Positions 34,018 through 48,213 of a stretch of DNA of 64,000 nucleotides are shown here, in pieces. Positions within the stretch are counted from its first letter, which is position 1, and the number at the start of each line of letters is the position of its first letter. The translations under genes and the position numbers were made by a program. The stretch lies in NCBI RefSeq assembly GCF_009914755.1, contig NC_060926.1; one strand, given 5' to 3'. This DNA comes from the human T2T-CHM13v2.0 reference genome, Homo sapiens. The notes beneath the pieces were generated by a model, which worked only from the letters and a program-made list of their open reading frames with translations, ran no database searches and was not told where the DNA came from.

Positions 34018-35906
34018 CTAGAAGATTCTCATTTCTCATCAGAACACCTTAAAATGCTTTCTAACACATTTTCCTGCCTCAGGTTTCTTTCCCCTCTTTT
34101 CTTCCCACAGTTTTGTTTCTGTAATAGAGATCTGATAAACTTCCAAGGTTCCCTGTGCCCACTGAAAAAGAAAGGTCACACTGCTTGGTGTGGCACATAA
34201 AGCCTTTCACAATTTGGTTTCGGTGTACTTTCCTAATCTCATTTTTCTGCCTCTTGTACCAGCCCAACCCTCTCTCCCCTCTCCTTCCCAGCTCCACACT
34301 CCCCCCTTTCCATGGGGTGAACTTTTCAAAAGTTCTCTTGTCTATATTTTCCTCCATGTCTTAAATTATTCCACCTGCCAAATGAACACTGTGTATAATA
34401 AATTCTCCCATCTTTAGAGGAAATACTTAAGAACCAATCAAAATATTCAACATTTCTTGAAAGAACTGTAATTACTATATAAGGTTTTATATAATTCTAG
34501 TTCAAAGCAAAGGAACTTCACTTTTTAATGTACCTTCTATTAAATATTTAATTTCCATTAGGTTATTTTAAAATACTGGCAGTCTCATGGATCCCCATTT
34601 TTATCTTTGCAGATCTGTAGGGGTCCTGGAGCCCTGGCTTAGGAACCACTGCTCTGTGCTCACTGTACAAACTCCCTGCTCTGTGCCCTTGCTCACACTA
34701 TTCTGTTGCCTACACTGTCCTTGATATTTTTCTCATTCCGGGACTCAATAACTTGCCACTTCCATTCTTTTCACTCACACTACTTTTATGTCACTTATTA
34801 TCCATTCGAGGATAGTTAATTCTTTAACACAATGATCTGTCAGGCTTGGAGCTTCCTACGGAAAAGACATTTATCTACTCTCAGGGCCTAGCAGTACCTG
34901 GGCCCCAGTAAAACTAAATAAATGTTTGTTGAATGAATAAACCTTGGTAGGACAAACATATTATCTACACAAAACAATCACCACCAAAAAGGCTGAGAAG
35001 ATGGGAAAAGATGTGATTTACCTAAGGTTATGCACCAAATACAAAATTTTGAACAGGAGCAGAAATTCAGGTTTTTAACTCATTATTCTGTTAACTGTAA
35101 GTTTGCATAAGTGGCAACTACTATATTACTAAAACGTGCAGCTTTTTATTCCTCTCAGAAATCTCATAGATGTCGTTCATCCTGTAATTGCTCTGATTAT
35201 GTCCTCAATCCAGGAGAAATGACTTTATGCCACAATGAATACGCAATAAAAAAAGAAAAACTGTGCTGACTTAAGTTACCCAGAACACCTGCCTATTTAC
35301 AGTTAAGTTTATCAAATTCTGATAAGTGTATGCTAAATTTCTTCATAAAATCATTTTAAAGGAACTTTTATTTCCTGTGGAAGTTTCCGATGTGAAAGAA
35401 GACAAGCAGGTGATAGGAGAACATTGTATGGATTAAATAGTTTCTACATTAACAACTGCTTATTTTAAAATTTCAAATATCCTTTCTGGGGGTTGGGGAG
35501 AGGGCGTTATTTCACAAAACTATAAATGTGATTTGGTTGAACCTGTTTTTTTGGCGTAGCTGAGAATCCTTTGCCCAAACTTGTGCCCTCACTAAAGGAG
35601 GCATATGTTCTTGTTTAGAAACAAAGTAGTACTGATTAGACTATACTTCCTGGTCCTCACCTACTAAGTAAATCTTCAAGTCAAACCTCCTTTACTTAAA
35701 CATATGACAAGACTAGCCATGCCCCAAATCATAACAAATATATCAAAAATTACCAACTATACTTTATAACTTTGGCATATCAGCTAGACCTTAAAGACAT
35801 ACAATCTAAGTTTTCAGTGGTACAGGTTTAACATAAGCGTAACAGATATCCTTTTCCTGTTACATTAAAACATTTTTGAAAGTACCTTTTCTACTTTATT
35901 CTATAA

Positions 35907-36244
<338 letters not shown>

Positions 36245-37743
36245 TAGAATGGAATTAAACACACAAATTTATCTCCTCCCCTCACATTTAGCTCTGCAAC
36301 TTACAAGTTTTCTCCTTTGTATTTTAAAACAATTTGTAATAAAAATGTATAAGAAGTTCCCCTCTTACAAAAAAGGAGAAAAGCAAATGGAGTTATCAGG
36401 CAATGTTTAGGGAGTAAAGAGACACGCTGAAGCTACAGCTCACAGCAACTGATAAAGACAGGTCCTCTCTGCAATCTGGAAGATGCCTATGAATGCAGGG
36501 ACCTGAGATCAGATAAAAAGCAATCTCCCATCCCTGTCCACATAGTCTAAGCACAGTCCTGGCATCAATTAAGCTAAAGACAATTGCAGACACAAAGGAT
36601 AGTTCATTACTTGCCTGAAGTATATTTATTTTGGCTTATTACTTGCTTTGAAAGTTCTGTGTAAATTCTTCCTTAAAGGTGACTGTTAGTTAACTTTAAA
36701 AGTCTGGAGTTGGGTGAGTGAATAGGAATAGGACTATATGACTGAGCTTCCTTTCAACATGGTATTCTGATATGCTACTATTCAAGGGTCCTAGTAGTTA
36801 AAAAAACAAACAAAAAAATGATTATAAATCTGAAAGTCTGAGGAAGACTAGATTTCTGTACCTTTGTTTCACATCAGATCACTTTGTAAAACGACAGAGG
36901 AAAAAAAGAGAAATTATATCATCTTATATTTGCAAATATTTTCATGTTATCTCATTTAATAAAAAAATCAGTTTGCAGATGCACAAATTGAAGAAGCACC
37001 AGAGATTAATGTCAAATTTAGAAATACTTTTGTTAGAGAGGAATTAGAGCCAGAGGAAAAAGGAACATGTACTTTGCAAATTAGTGATAGTTAAGATAAA
37101 ACTAGTTCTTTAGAACTTCTGAGATTGTCAGAATGACTTCCCAACCCATCCCAAGAACCCCAAGTAACACTTTGCAATTTGCTATTTGTGTTGAAGTCAG
37201 AAGACTGGTAATTCACAAAATTACATAAACATATGTAAAATCTAACAGTGAGGTGATGAGACTTTCTTCCCAACTTTCTGCAATGACCATCCCACTTAAA
37301 TATCAACTAATGTAATGTTTAGCAGAAGAACATGGACAACGAGATTGGTACCAGAAAAACAAGTTTATTTTAGCTAACTTTTAAAGAAAATAAATAGCTT
37401 ATTCACTCATTCACATGCTTGATATGCAGAGTAAGCACTTAGAATGAAACTTGAAAATTCCATCAAGAGAAAAGTATCAATGAACTGGTGAATCTCGGAT
37501 TGCTTCTTGAGTATCAAAAGACAACATGCAAAAATAAAGATAATTCCACACCTCCTCCTTTTTAAAAGTTTTGCCAGTACTGCAGTTCTTCACAGCTGTT
37601 CATAGTAAACGCTTGGTTAATTCAAATCTGTTCCCCTAATACTCCTTGAAACAAACAGAATTACCGGTCTATTATTACTGAACTAATTAATATTCTCTGG
37701 GTTTTTATCTTTTTTTAAGAGCATTTAGAAAAAACTTTTATAA

Positions 37744-38301
<558 letters not shown>

Positions 38302-39054
38302 CCCTTTCATTTTCATTCTATCTACACAGGCTCCCTCTTTTCAGTACATAAGTAAGTTCGGAGGTTCCTTCTCCTAAAAATTACCTCATCAGTGAGGAAA
38401 GGAGGGATTGGGGCAGAAGGGCCTGAATCTTTAACCTCTTGCAATTTGAGTATTGTCTCTGCTGCTTCAATTAAACTCTTTAAGTGTGCTCATCGCCAAA
38501 TCTTTCTTCCCAGTCCTCCTCCTGTACCTCCAACCTAGCCAGCTGTATTTCTGTCTCCTTTGCTGGCTCATCTTCCTCCCTAAAATAAAAGGCATTTCCT
38601 GAGGTTTTCTCATGAGCTTTCCCTTTCCCACAGCTTCACCTATTCATATTTATGCTGCCTTCTCACTGGCTCTAGTCACTCATTTCCACCCGCCTACCTC
38701 CCTCTGGATGTCCTGCCTGCACCTCCGAGTCACATGTCCAACACCAAACCCCTTACCTTTTCTTCCCTGCTCCCTTAAACCTCTTTTGTCAACTTCTGGC
38801 CACGCAGTCTCAATCTCTGGACAAGGGTACCAAGAAAGGAAGAATGCATTCACTTGCCAGGAACCTAGATTTTGCATCAAATATCTCAACTCTGTCCCCT
38901 CTGTCCTATACCACTTTACACTAAACCTCTCATCTGAACTGCTATAACACTCTCCTTTTGGTATTCTTAACTCAAGTTTTCAGTACACACTATTGCTAGA
39001 GAAACATTCCTTAGGTGTAATTTTGATCAAGCCTGGCACTCAGGATACTCTACC

Positions 39055-39200
39055 CAACATTTCTCAAACTTTAACGTGCATGTGAATCACACGGTGATCT
39101 TGTTAAAATGCAGACACTCTCATTCAGGGAGTGTGGGGTGGTGCCCCACTCCGGAGTTTTAACATACTCCCAAGTGACAATGATGCTATTAGCATCAGAC
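39055..39200. mobile_element. MER5A remnant
   Basis: ttctcaaactttaacgtgcatgtgaatcac...cttgttaaaatgcagac. Confidence 0.75.
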
Positions 39201-39292
39201 TATATGCATATACAGTCGGCTCTAACCTATTTTTTCTATCCTCATCTACTTCTCCCTGCCTAGCATACATATGTGCATGTCTATATCGCTTA

Positions 39293-39295
<3 letters not shown>

Positions 39296-39338
<43 letters not shown>
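39296..39338. repeat. (AC)21 microsatellite
   Basis: Direct reading. Confidence 0.97.
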
Positions 39339-39342
<4 letters not shown>

Positions 39343-40324
39343 TAGAGACAAAATGTTTTCCAAACATAATCTCCGGCCTCTGTGCCTCTTGCTGTTTCCT
39401 CAAGTCCAGTGACTTTCCATTACAATTTTACCCATTTTTCAGGAACCAACTCATTCTGCCACAACCTTCTCTTATCTTCTTACCTACCCTCACTCCCATA
39501 CCTCACCTAGTAGAACACCACAAAAACCTTGGGACATCCCTGACACTGGCACTGTTTCTAGTCTGTAATGTTGTTATAGGTCTTCTCGTTTCATCCGTAC
39601 TGTTAGACTGCACACTCTCCTGGAAGGCAGGAACTACCTGCCTAACCTCTGCCACCCAGGGCATCCTTGGGCTCTTGTTAACCAGTAAGTACCTGTTGAA
39701 GTGGATTTGAATTCTAAGAAAAAGAAAACGTCTCAACTCTACTTCATGTAATTCATTTTGAGCAGGAGCTTCAGAAATTTATGATAAACAAAAACACTCT
39801 TCCAGGAAAACTGACTCATTAGCAAACCTAAGAAAACTTTGTTTTATATATATATATTTACAAATGTTTATATATTCAAATGGTGCCTAGAGAATTTTAG
39901 TACTTATCCTATTTATAGTAGTCTCCAGATATATAGATCAAAGTTCTAATATTAATTTAAAATTAAATCTAACTTGTTACGATCTAGTAATGACTATAAG
40001 TCTAAAATATGTTCCAATCCAGAGCCCAGCCTTCCCTAGTTTAATTTACTTAATGCTCCCTTTAGCACTCCATTTATAAAATGGGACATCACTTTCTCCA
40101 CGGGTGTGATAAGATTGGCTGTCCCCCAAATTTACTGTTAACATGCCTTACATTGTGTCTAGACTTTGAAAAGTGCTTTAAAACAATCACCTTGAAGTAA
40201 CATTTTTTGAATGCTGAGAAACTCAAAGAAAACCCTATATTAAATGTTTATACAGTAAACCCCTTATTCAAGAACCTAACCATGGCTCTTAGGTTCAAGA
40301 ACCAATATTCAAGAATCTGACTAT

Positions 40325-40505
40325 AGCTCTTAAACTTTAGCGTGCAAGAATTATCCGGCGTGCTTGTTAAACACGCAGATGCCAGGCTCTTACCCAGGGA
40401 ATGTCTCATTCAGTAAAACTGGGGTAGGGCCTAGAAAACTGTAGATTTCACCAGCAACCCCAGGTGATTCGGATGCAGGTGTTCCGCAGATCTCAATTAG
40501 ACACT
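40325..40505. mobile_element. MER5B-like remnant
   Basis: ctcttaaactttagcgtgcaagaattatcc...ccccaggtgattcggatgcaggtg. Confidence 0.7.
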
Positions 40506-40972
40506 GATCTCAATCCTTGTCCGGGGGCACTACAGAGTTGTGTTTGAAAGAAAATGCAGACGTCTTTTGCTAAAGTCCTTTCTCAAAACAGCTGTCACGC
40601 CAGCACAGACAGGAGGTGATGTGCGTAAGGAAAAAGAGGGAAAGGTTCCTTGGAAGAGAATCAATGCCCGAAAACAATGAAAGAGGGGAAGTGGCGTTTC
40701 TTTGCAACCCTGGAATTCCATTCTCCCGCACCTGCGAGGATGCTGCTCTGACCCGTCGGCCAGCACCAGGCCCTCGGGAGCCGAGCCCAGGCAGGTCGCT
40801 GGCCGGGGGATGGGAGGGCGTCGTGGCCCCGCGCTCCTCCCCAGGTCGCCAGCTGCCCTCCGCAGCCGAGGGAAGACGCCCGCCCGGGTCCCGGATCTCC
40901 GCCCCCCTACACCGCATCCTCCGCGGCTCGCGCGCGTAAACAAGTTGCCTCCCCCGGGTCGGCAGCCCCTCA

Positions 40973-41368
<396 letters not shown>

Positions 41369-41516
41369 CTAGGGACCCTACTGCCGCCCCGACGGCCTGG
41401 ACAGCCAGCCGTGTTCCCCTGGCCACGTCTCAGCCCGGCCTCTGCCGCTGCCACCTGAGTGACAGCCTATCTCGGACATCGCCCATTGAGCAAACTTTCC
41501 GCGCGTTTGCTCTCTC

Positions 41517-41854
41517 ATTGGCTGCGGCCGCTGCCACTCCATGTTCCCAGGCTGGCCTTGTTGGGGAAGGTGGACTTTCCCTGGTGGTCAACATCGCACC
41601 TACCAATCAAATCGTAATTTCGTCGTTCGAGGCCCGTCCCTCTTCCGGACGCAATTACCAATGAGAAATGCCCTTCCCCGACGTCTTTTTACCTGATTGG
41701 TGCGCTCATCAGTTCCCGGAATACCTTTCCTACAACAGATTGGCCATCGCGGTGGTTGGCCTCGCCCCACAAAGCGAGGCGCTGGAGAAGACTTGAAGAT
41801 CATTGGTGGAAGTGGATGTCCCTCAAAGGTCTGCGCTAACTGCCTCTTGATTGG
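41517..41854. promoter_or_regulatory. Cluster of seven NF-Y CCAAT boxes plus ETS and STAT motifs
   Basis: ATTGG/CCAAT at 41517, 41603, 41658, 41696, 41739, 41802, 41850; CTTCCGG at 41642; TTCCCGGAA at 41713-41721. Confidence 0.75.
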
Positions 41855-41859
41855 TTGGA

Positions 41860-42064
41860 AGCGGCACTTACTACGTGGCGGATTCTGACTGTGAAGAGGA
41901 CTGTCCCAAGTGAAGAGTGGGAGGCAAGTGCCTTGTGACCGGGAGGAGGTCGACCTTAAAGGAGCTGGTATTGTAGCTCTTCTAAAGCCTAGTCTACTTA
42001 GGAAGGCAAAAGCGAAGCAGCAAGAAGTGGCCACAGAAGCCGTGTGGTCCCTAGAAGTAGAAGG
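41860..42064 (+). ncRNA. Candidate first exon of a divergent lncRNA from the bidirectional promoter
   Basis: AGG|GTAAGG donor at 42065 on the + strand just upstream of the CpG promoter; 5' boundary is a guess. Confidence 0.3.
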
Positions 42065-42532
42065 GTAAGGAGGATGCAGGAGATGGTCCTACTTGTGGCC
42101 GCAACGGGGCTCAGAAGTCCGCTTGTTAGAGATGGCAGTGACCTGTGACAATCCAGTCTGCCCGACACGCCTCCCGCCTCCTTAGGAACGGGAAGGAGCC
42201 CCGGCCCAGTGCACTGACGTAGTTAGCCTAAGATCACGTAGCTGGTTGGTCACAGAATCATGACTTTAATTCATGTCTTCTGACTCTGACCTGGCACGCT
42301 TTGTACCTCACCAAAGACAGTGATGAAATTGCAAAAGGGCAGAGTGGAGAAGACTGGAATGTTCAGCCAAGGCATTTGAACTTTTAATGCTGCAAGTCAA
42401 GACTTCCTGAAGATTTTTGAGCAGATGAGTGAAGTGATAAGAAAATGCATCTTCAGCAGTGACAGCATCAACGAGGAGGAGACTGGCCGGGAGGCTATTA
42501 CCCGCATCAAAACCAGTGAACATTAAAAAAAA

Positions 42533-42825
42533 TTTTTTTTTTAGAGAGAGGGTCTTGCTCTTTTGCCCAGGCTGGAGTGCAGTGGCTTGACCATAGTTCT
42601 CTATAACCTTGAATTCCTGCGTTCAAGCGATCTTCCTTCCTCAGCTTCCGGAGTAGCTGGGACTACAGATGCGTGCCACCATGCCAGGCCAATTTTTAAT
42701 TTTGTTTTGTAAAGATGGGGTTTCTGTGTTGCCCAGGTTGGTCTCAAATTCCTGGCCTCAAGCCATCCTCCCGCCTCAGCCTCCCAAAGTGCTGCAATTT
42801 ACGGGCATTAGCCACCGCACCTGGT
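42533..42825 (-). mobile_element. AluJ
   Basis: Diverged reverse-complement Alu; flanking aaaacc(a/g)gtgaa repeat. Confidence 0.92.
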
Positions 42826-43407
42826 CCAAAACCGGTGAAGATTTGTTAAGGTGTTGGCAATATGGGTATACCTAGATTATCCTTCATCTGCTAAAAACAT
42901 GCTCTAATCTCTCCCCAGCCCAAAACAAACAAGAAACCTCTCTTCCCCTTCCAGCTCCTACCACGTGTCTTTGCTCCTCTGTATGGCAAAACTCAAGTGT
43001 TCAAAATTCCTTATCTTCAATTCCTCTTCTCCCATTCCCAAGTACACTACAGTCAGGCATTCACACCACCAAAACTGCTCTCGCTGAGGCCACCAGTGCT
43101 GTATTCAAAGGATAATCTTTGTTTTATCAGCTGTATTTGATCCAGCAACTCAAGTTTTTCCTGTCTAGAACACCTTTCACCGGTCTTCTTGCTTCTCCAT
43201 AGTGCTGGTCGTAACCCTCAAAAGGTCCCCCAGTTCACTCAGGATAAAAGTCAAGTCCTTAAAATAGACTACAGGGTGCTACAGCATCTGGTTCCTATGG
43301 CTTTTCTGATCTCATTTCATACTGTCTTTGCTCACTCCACTGGGCCAATCAAGACCCACCTTGGGGGTTTTCCTTTGTTGTTTTGCCTGCCTAGGAAACT
43401 TCCCAGG

Positions 43408-43762
43408 TATATGAGTTTGCTAGAGTTGCCCTAACAAATACCACAGACCAGGTGGCCTGAACAAAACTAGTTTATTTTCTCGAAGTTCTGGAGGCTAGAA
43501 GTCCAAGATCAAGGTGGGATTCTGAGGCCTCTCTCCTTGGCTTGCCGATGACAGCCCTCTTACTTCCTCTTCCCTCTGATGTCTCTTCCTATTCTTCTAA
43601 CACCAGTCAGATTGGAGTGTGGGGCTACCTTTAACAGCCTCATTTTAACTTAATCACTGCTTTAAAGATCTTATCTCCAAATACAGTATAGTTATATTCT
43701 GAAGCACTAAAGGTTGGGACTTCAACATGTAAATTTTGGAGGGACACAATTTAGCACATAAT
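43408..43762 (-). mobile_element. MLT1B/C-like MaLR LTR
   Basis: aacaaataccacagac...gttctggaggctagaagtccaagatcaagg...ggacttcaacatgtaaattttggagggacacaatt. Confidence 0.85.
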
Positions 43763-44077
43763 ACCCAGGTACCCACAAGATATGTTCCCTCACTTTATTT
43801 GAGGCTTTGCTAATCCCAGTGAAGTCCCTCCTCACTACCTTATTTAAAATTAAAACCTCCACCACCTTCCTTCCTTTATTTCTCTCCTGCTTTATTTCTG
43901 CTTAGCCGATACATACATTACAAATATGTAAATACTGTAATTTACATATTTGTTTTGTTTATTGTCTGCTGTGTTTCCTTCCACTTGCATGTAAATTCTG
44001 TGAAGATTTGCTCATTGATGTATTCGAAGACATAAAACAGTGCAAAGTGTTTAGCAAGCATTTAATAAATGTTTGTT

Positions 44078-44101
44078 GAATGAATGAATGAATGAATGAA
44101 T
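44078..44101. repeat. (TGAA)n at an L2 3' end
   Basis: taaatgtttgttgaatgaatgaatgaatgaatgaat. Confidence 0.85.
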
Positions 44102-45577
44102 ACCTGAGGACAGAAGGAAAGAGACAACTGGAAAGGAAGAGACTGCAGTTGCTGTAGACAGAGGGGGTTGATTACGAGAGCAAGATTCCAGAGTATCTGG
44201 AGGAAAAGGGGCAGCTCTGCCGTCCATGTTGAAAGTAGAGCGTAGGAGGTATTCCTAGAGAGTAAGTTATTTTGAAAAGTAGAGAAAATAGATGAGCGAA
44301 CTCAAACCAATTGACCATTATCTACTCAACAAAATAGGAGATAAAATTGCCCACCTAAAAGGGATTATACTAGTTGGTATGAGGAAGGTGTCAGAAAATT
44401 AACATAAGATGAAAAATGATTGTTAACTACCTGTTTGAAATTAGTGTATATATTTTAGTGGGCCTGGTCTTCATGGTTTTGTAATTTTTTCAAAAAATGA
44501 TCATGGCATGAACAAGGCTATTAATCTGAACTAATGAATTAGGAGTCTACTTGCCACCTGTAAATACTGTGGAAGTTTTATTTATTCATTTAACATTCAG
44601 GGATTCCACATGACCACCTGCAAATAATGAGAATAAAGATATGAACAAAATAGATGTGGTTCCCGCCCTTCTGAAGGTTAACACCTATCTAGTTAGGGAG
44701 ACAGACATTAACAATCACACATATATTATTAAAACTGAGATAAGTGCTATGATGAAAAAGGCGCGGGCAGAAGAGCACAGTGGTGGAAAATGCCAGTAAG
44801 GAGAGTCAAGCTTTATACTTGGGAACAAAACACAAATTTTCCATTTTGGAAAAAAAGCCTGAGTCGAAGTGTGCTGACTGGGAAAATAAATTAAGGAGAG
44901 AAAAGAGAGTCTACCTGCTTTAGGACAGCATGGAGCTTCACAGTGACTTTGTGGGAACTCTGGAACCTGGGTGCCTCAGGGAAATGTAAGAAAGTGGGGA
45001 CCGGGCATGAGAGCTGGCCCGTGAGGCTGGGCCAGGAAAAGAAGCTGGTGCTCAGGTACCCTGAGCCAGGGTTGCCCAAAACAACCAAGATTCTACAACT
45101 GAGTGTGGCCCAAAAAATCAGCAAAATAGGTCTGAGATTTAGAAACAGTGAGTTCAATCCCTTAACAGAGAGAGACTGCATCTGTTGAAATGATATTTGA
45201 TTGTGAATAACAAAAACCTTGCCATATAGTGGGTGAAGCAAGAAGTGGGTTTTTTTTTTTTACTGACACCACAGCTCTACAGTGATGTTTTATTTAAACT
45301 TATGCTCCTTCTGTTTCTCCATGCTTCATGGGTGACTTTGTTCCTTTTGCCTGTCGTCTCACTGTTTTGGGATGGCAACTCCAGTATCATTTCTTTATTA
45401 TAGGTAGGACAAAGAGGAATGACAAAAGGCATGTAACCACCTGAATTTGCCCCTATCAAAGAGCTCTCCAGGAAGCACCACCAAGGAATTTTCACTGACA
45501 TTTCCCAGGCCAGACCATGCTGCTGCTAAGCAAAATGAGGATTCTGCTAGTGAGGATGAAAGGAAGAATGTGTAATC

Positions 45578-46400
45578 AGTTTTCTTGAAGTATAATACAT
45601 GTACAATAAACTGAACCTATTGGAAATATACATTTGGATGAGTTTTGACAGATGTATATACCACAGTCAAGATACAGAACATTCCCATCACTCCAAGAGA
45701 TTCTTTGTGTCCCTTTGTGGTCAATCCCTCCTACACGAGGCCCCTAGGTAACCGCTGATCTGTTTTCCATCACAATAGATTAGTCTGCATATTCTAGCAT
45801 CTTTAATAAATGCAGTCATACAGTATGTACTTTTGTGTCTTACTTTTTTCACTCCATATAATGTTTTTAAATTTATTCATGTTGTTGAATGTAGCAATAC
45901 TTAGTTCCTTTTTACTGCTGAGTAGTACTCTGCTTTATATGTTCCACGTTTCTTTATCCATTTACTTGTTGGAGTACATTTGGTATATTTTCAATTTTTG
46001 GCGATTACACATAAAGCTACTATGAGAACATTTATGTACGTACAGGTCTTTTTGTAGATGTAGGTTTTTATTTCTCTTGGGTAAATACCTAGATGTGGAA
46101 TAACTCGCTCATATAGTAGATGGATGTTTAACTTTATAAGAATCTGCCAAGCATTTTCACAAAGTGATGTACCATTTTATACCCCCACCAGTGGTGCACG
46201 AGAGTTCAAGTTGTTCTATATCCTCACCAACATTTGGTAATTGTCTTTTTAATTCTAACTATTCTAGTAGGTATGTGATGCCATTTCATTGTAGCTTTGG
46301 TTTGCATATCCCTGACGACTAGTGATTTTGAACATCTTTTAATGTGCTTGTTGGACATTATATATCATCTTTTGTAAAATGTCTATTAAAAGTGTTTATA
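45578..46400 (-). mobile_element. L1M (MB/MC-like) 3' fragment
   Basis: gggtaaatacctagatgtggaa, ttttcacaaagtgatgtaccattttatacccccaccag (reverse L1 3' region). Confidence 0.85.
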
Positions 46401-46464
46401 AAGAGAGAAATGTTTATGGGTAGGCACTCTTGAAGAGTTTGCCACACAGTGAAATTTGTTGTGT

Positions 46465-46800
46465 TGTACCAGTTAGCTATTGGCATAGCAATGCTGTGTA
46501 AGCAACCATCCCAAAATTCAGTGGCTTTAAACAGCAAAAATGTATACTCTGACACCCTTCACCTGGAGTTGCCTGATCTAGCTAGAGCACGATTTTCTTA
46601 TGGCAATGGAAGAAACACAATTAAGATGGGTGGAAACTTACATGGCCTCTTAAAACTAGTATCAGAACTGGAGCACTTATTATTGGAGCAGGATGGACTA
46701 AAGCAAGGCATATGACTAGGCCTAACATCAAAGAGGCAGGACAACATGCCCTGCCTCTAGTGAAAGAAACTGCAAAGTCATGTGACAGAGGGCATGGAAC
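46465..46800. mobile_element. MLT1J/K-like LTR remnant
   Basis: cagttagctattg...aaccatcccaaaattcagtggctttaaac...gaaactgcaaagtcatgtgacagagggcatgga. Confidence 0.65.
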
Positions 46801-46805
46801 TAAAA

Positions 46806-47250
<445 letters not shown>

Positions 47251-47268
47251 CACAAGTACTATAAGAGT

Positions 47269-47364
47269 AATCAGTTATATCTGTTCCTGAACCTAGCATG
47301 AACAATTGCTCCACAATGGCTTCACAATCGCTCATGCTAGGTTCAGGAACAGATATAACTGATT
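47269..47364. repeat. Perfect 33-bp inverted repeat with 30-nt spacer
   Basis: aatcagttatatctgttcctgaacctagcatga (47269-47301) and tcatgctaggttcaggaacagatataactgatt (47332-47364). Confidence 0.97.
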
Positions 47365-47544
47365 GTACATAATGAGATACTACTCCATATATATTAGAAT
47401 AGCTATTTTTAAAAATACAATATCAAGTGCTGGCAAGAATATATGAGCAATTCCTCACACATTGCTGGTCTGAAGGTAAAATGGTACAACTATCTTGGAA
47501 ACAGCTTGGCAATTTCTATTACAGTTAAACATACACTTACCATA

Positions 47545-48213
<669 letters not shown>

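Noticed and set aside
39124-39710. ORFs with HTHTHT or CVCVCV runs
   Set aside because: Translations of the (AC)n microsatellite
41598-41695. Minus-strand donor-like motifs (TTG|GTAGGT at 41603, CAG|GTAAAA at 41692) as upstream exons
   Set aside because: They overlap CCAAT boxes in the core promoter and cannot be supported without transcript data
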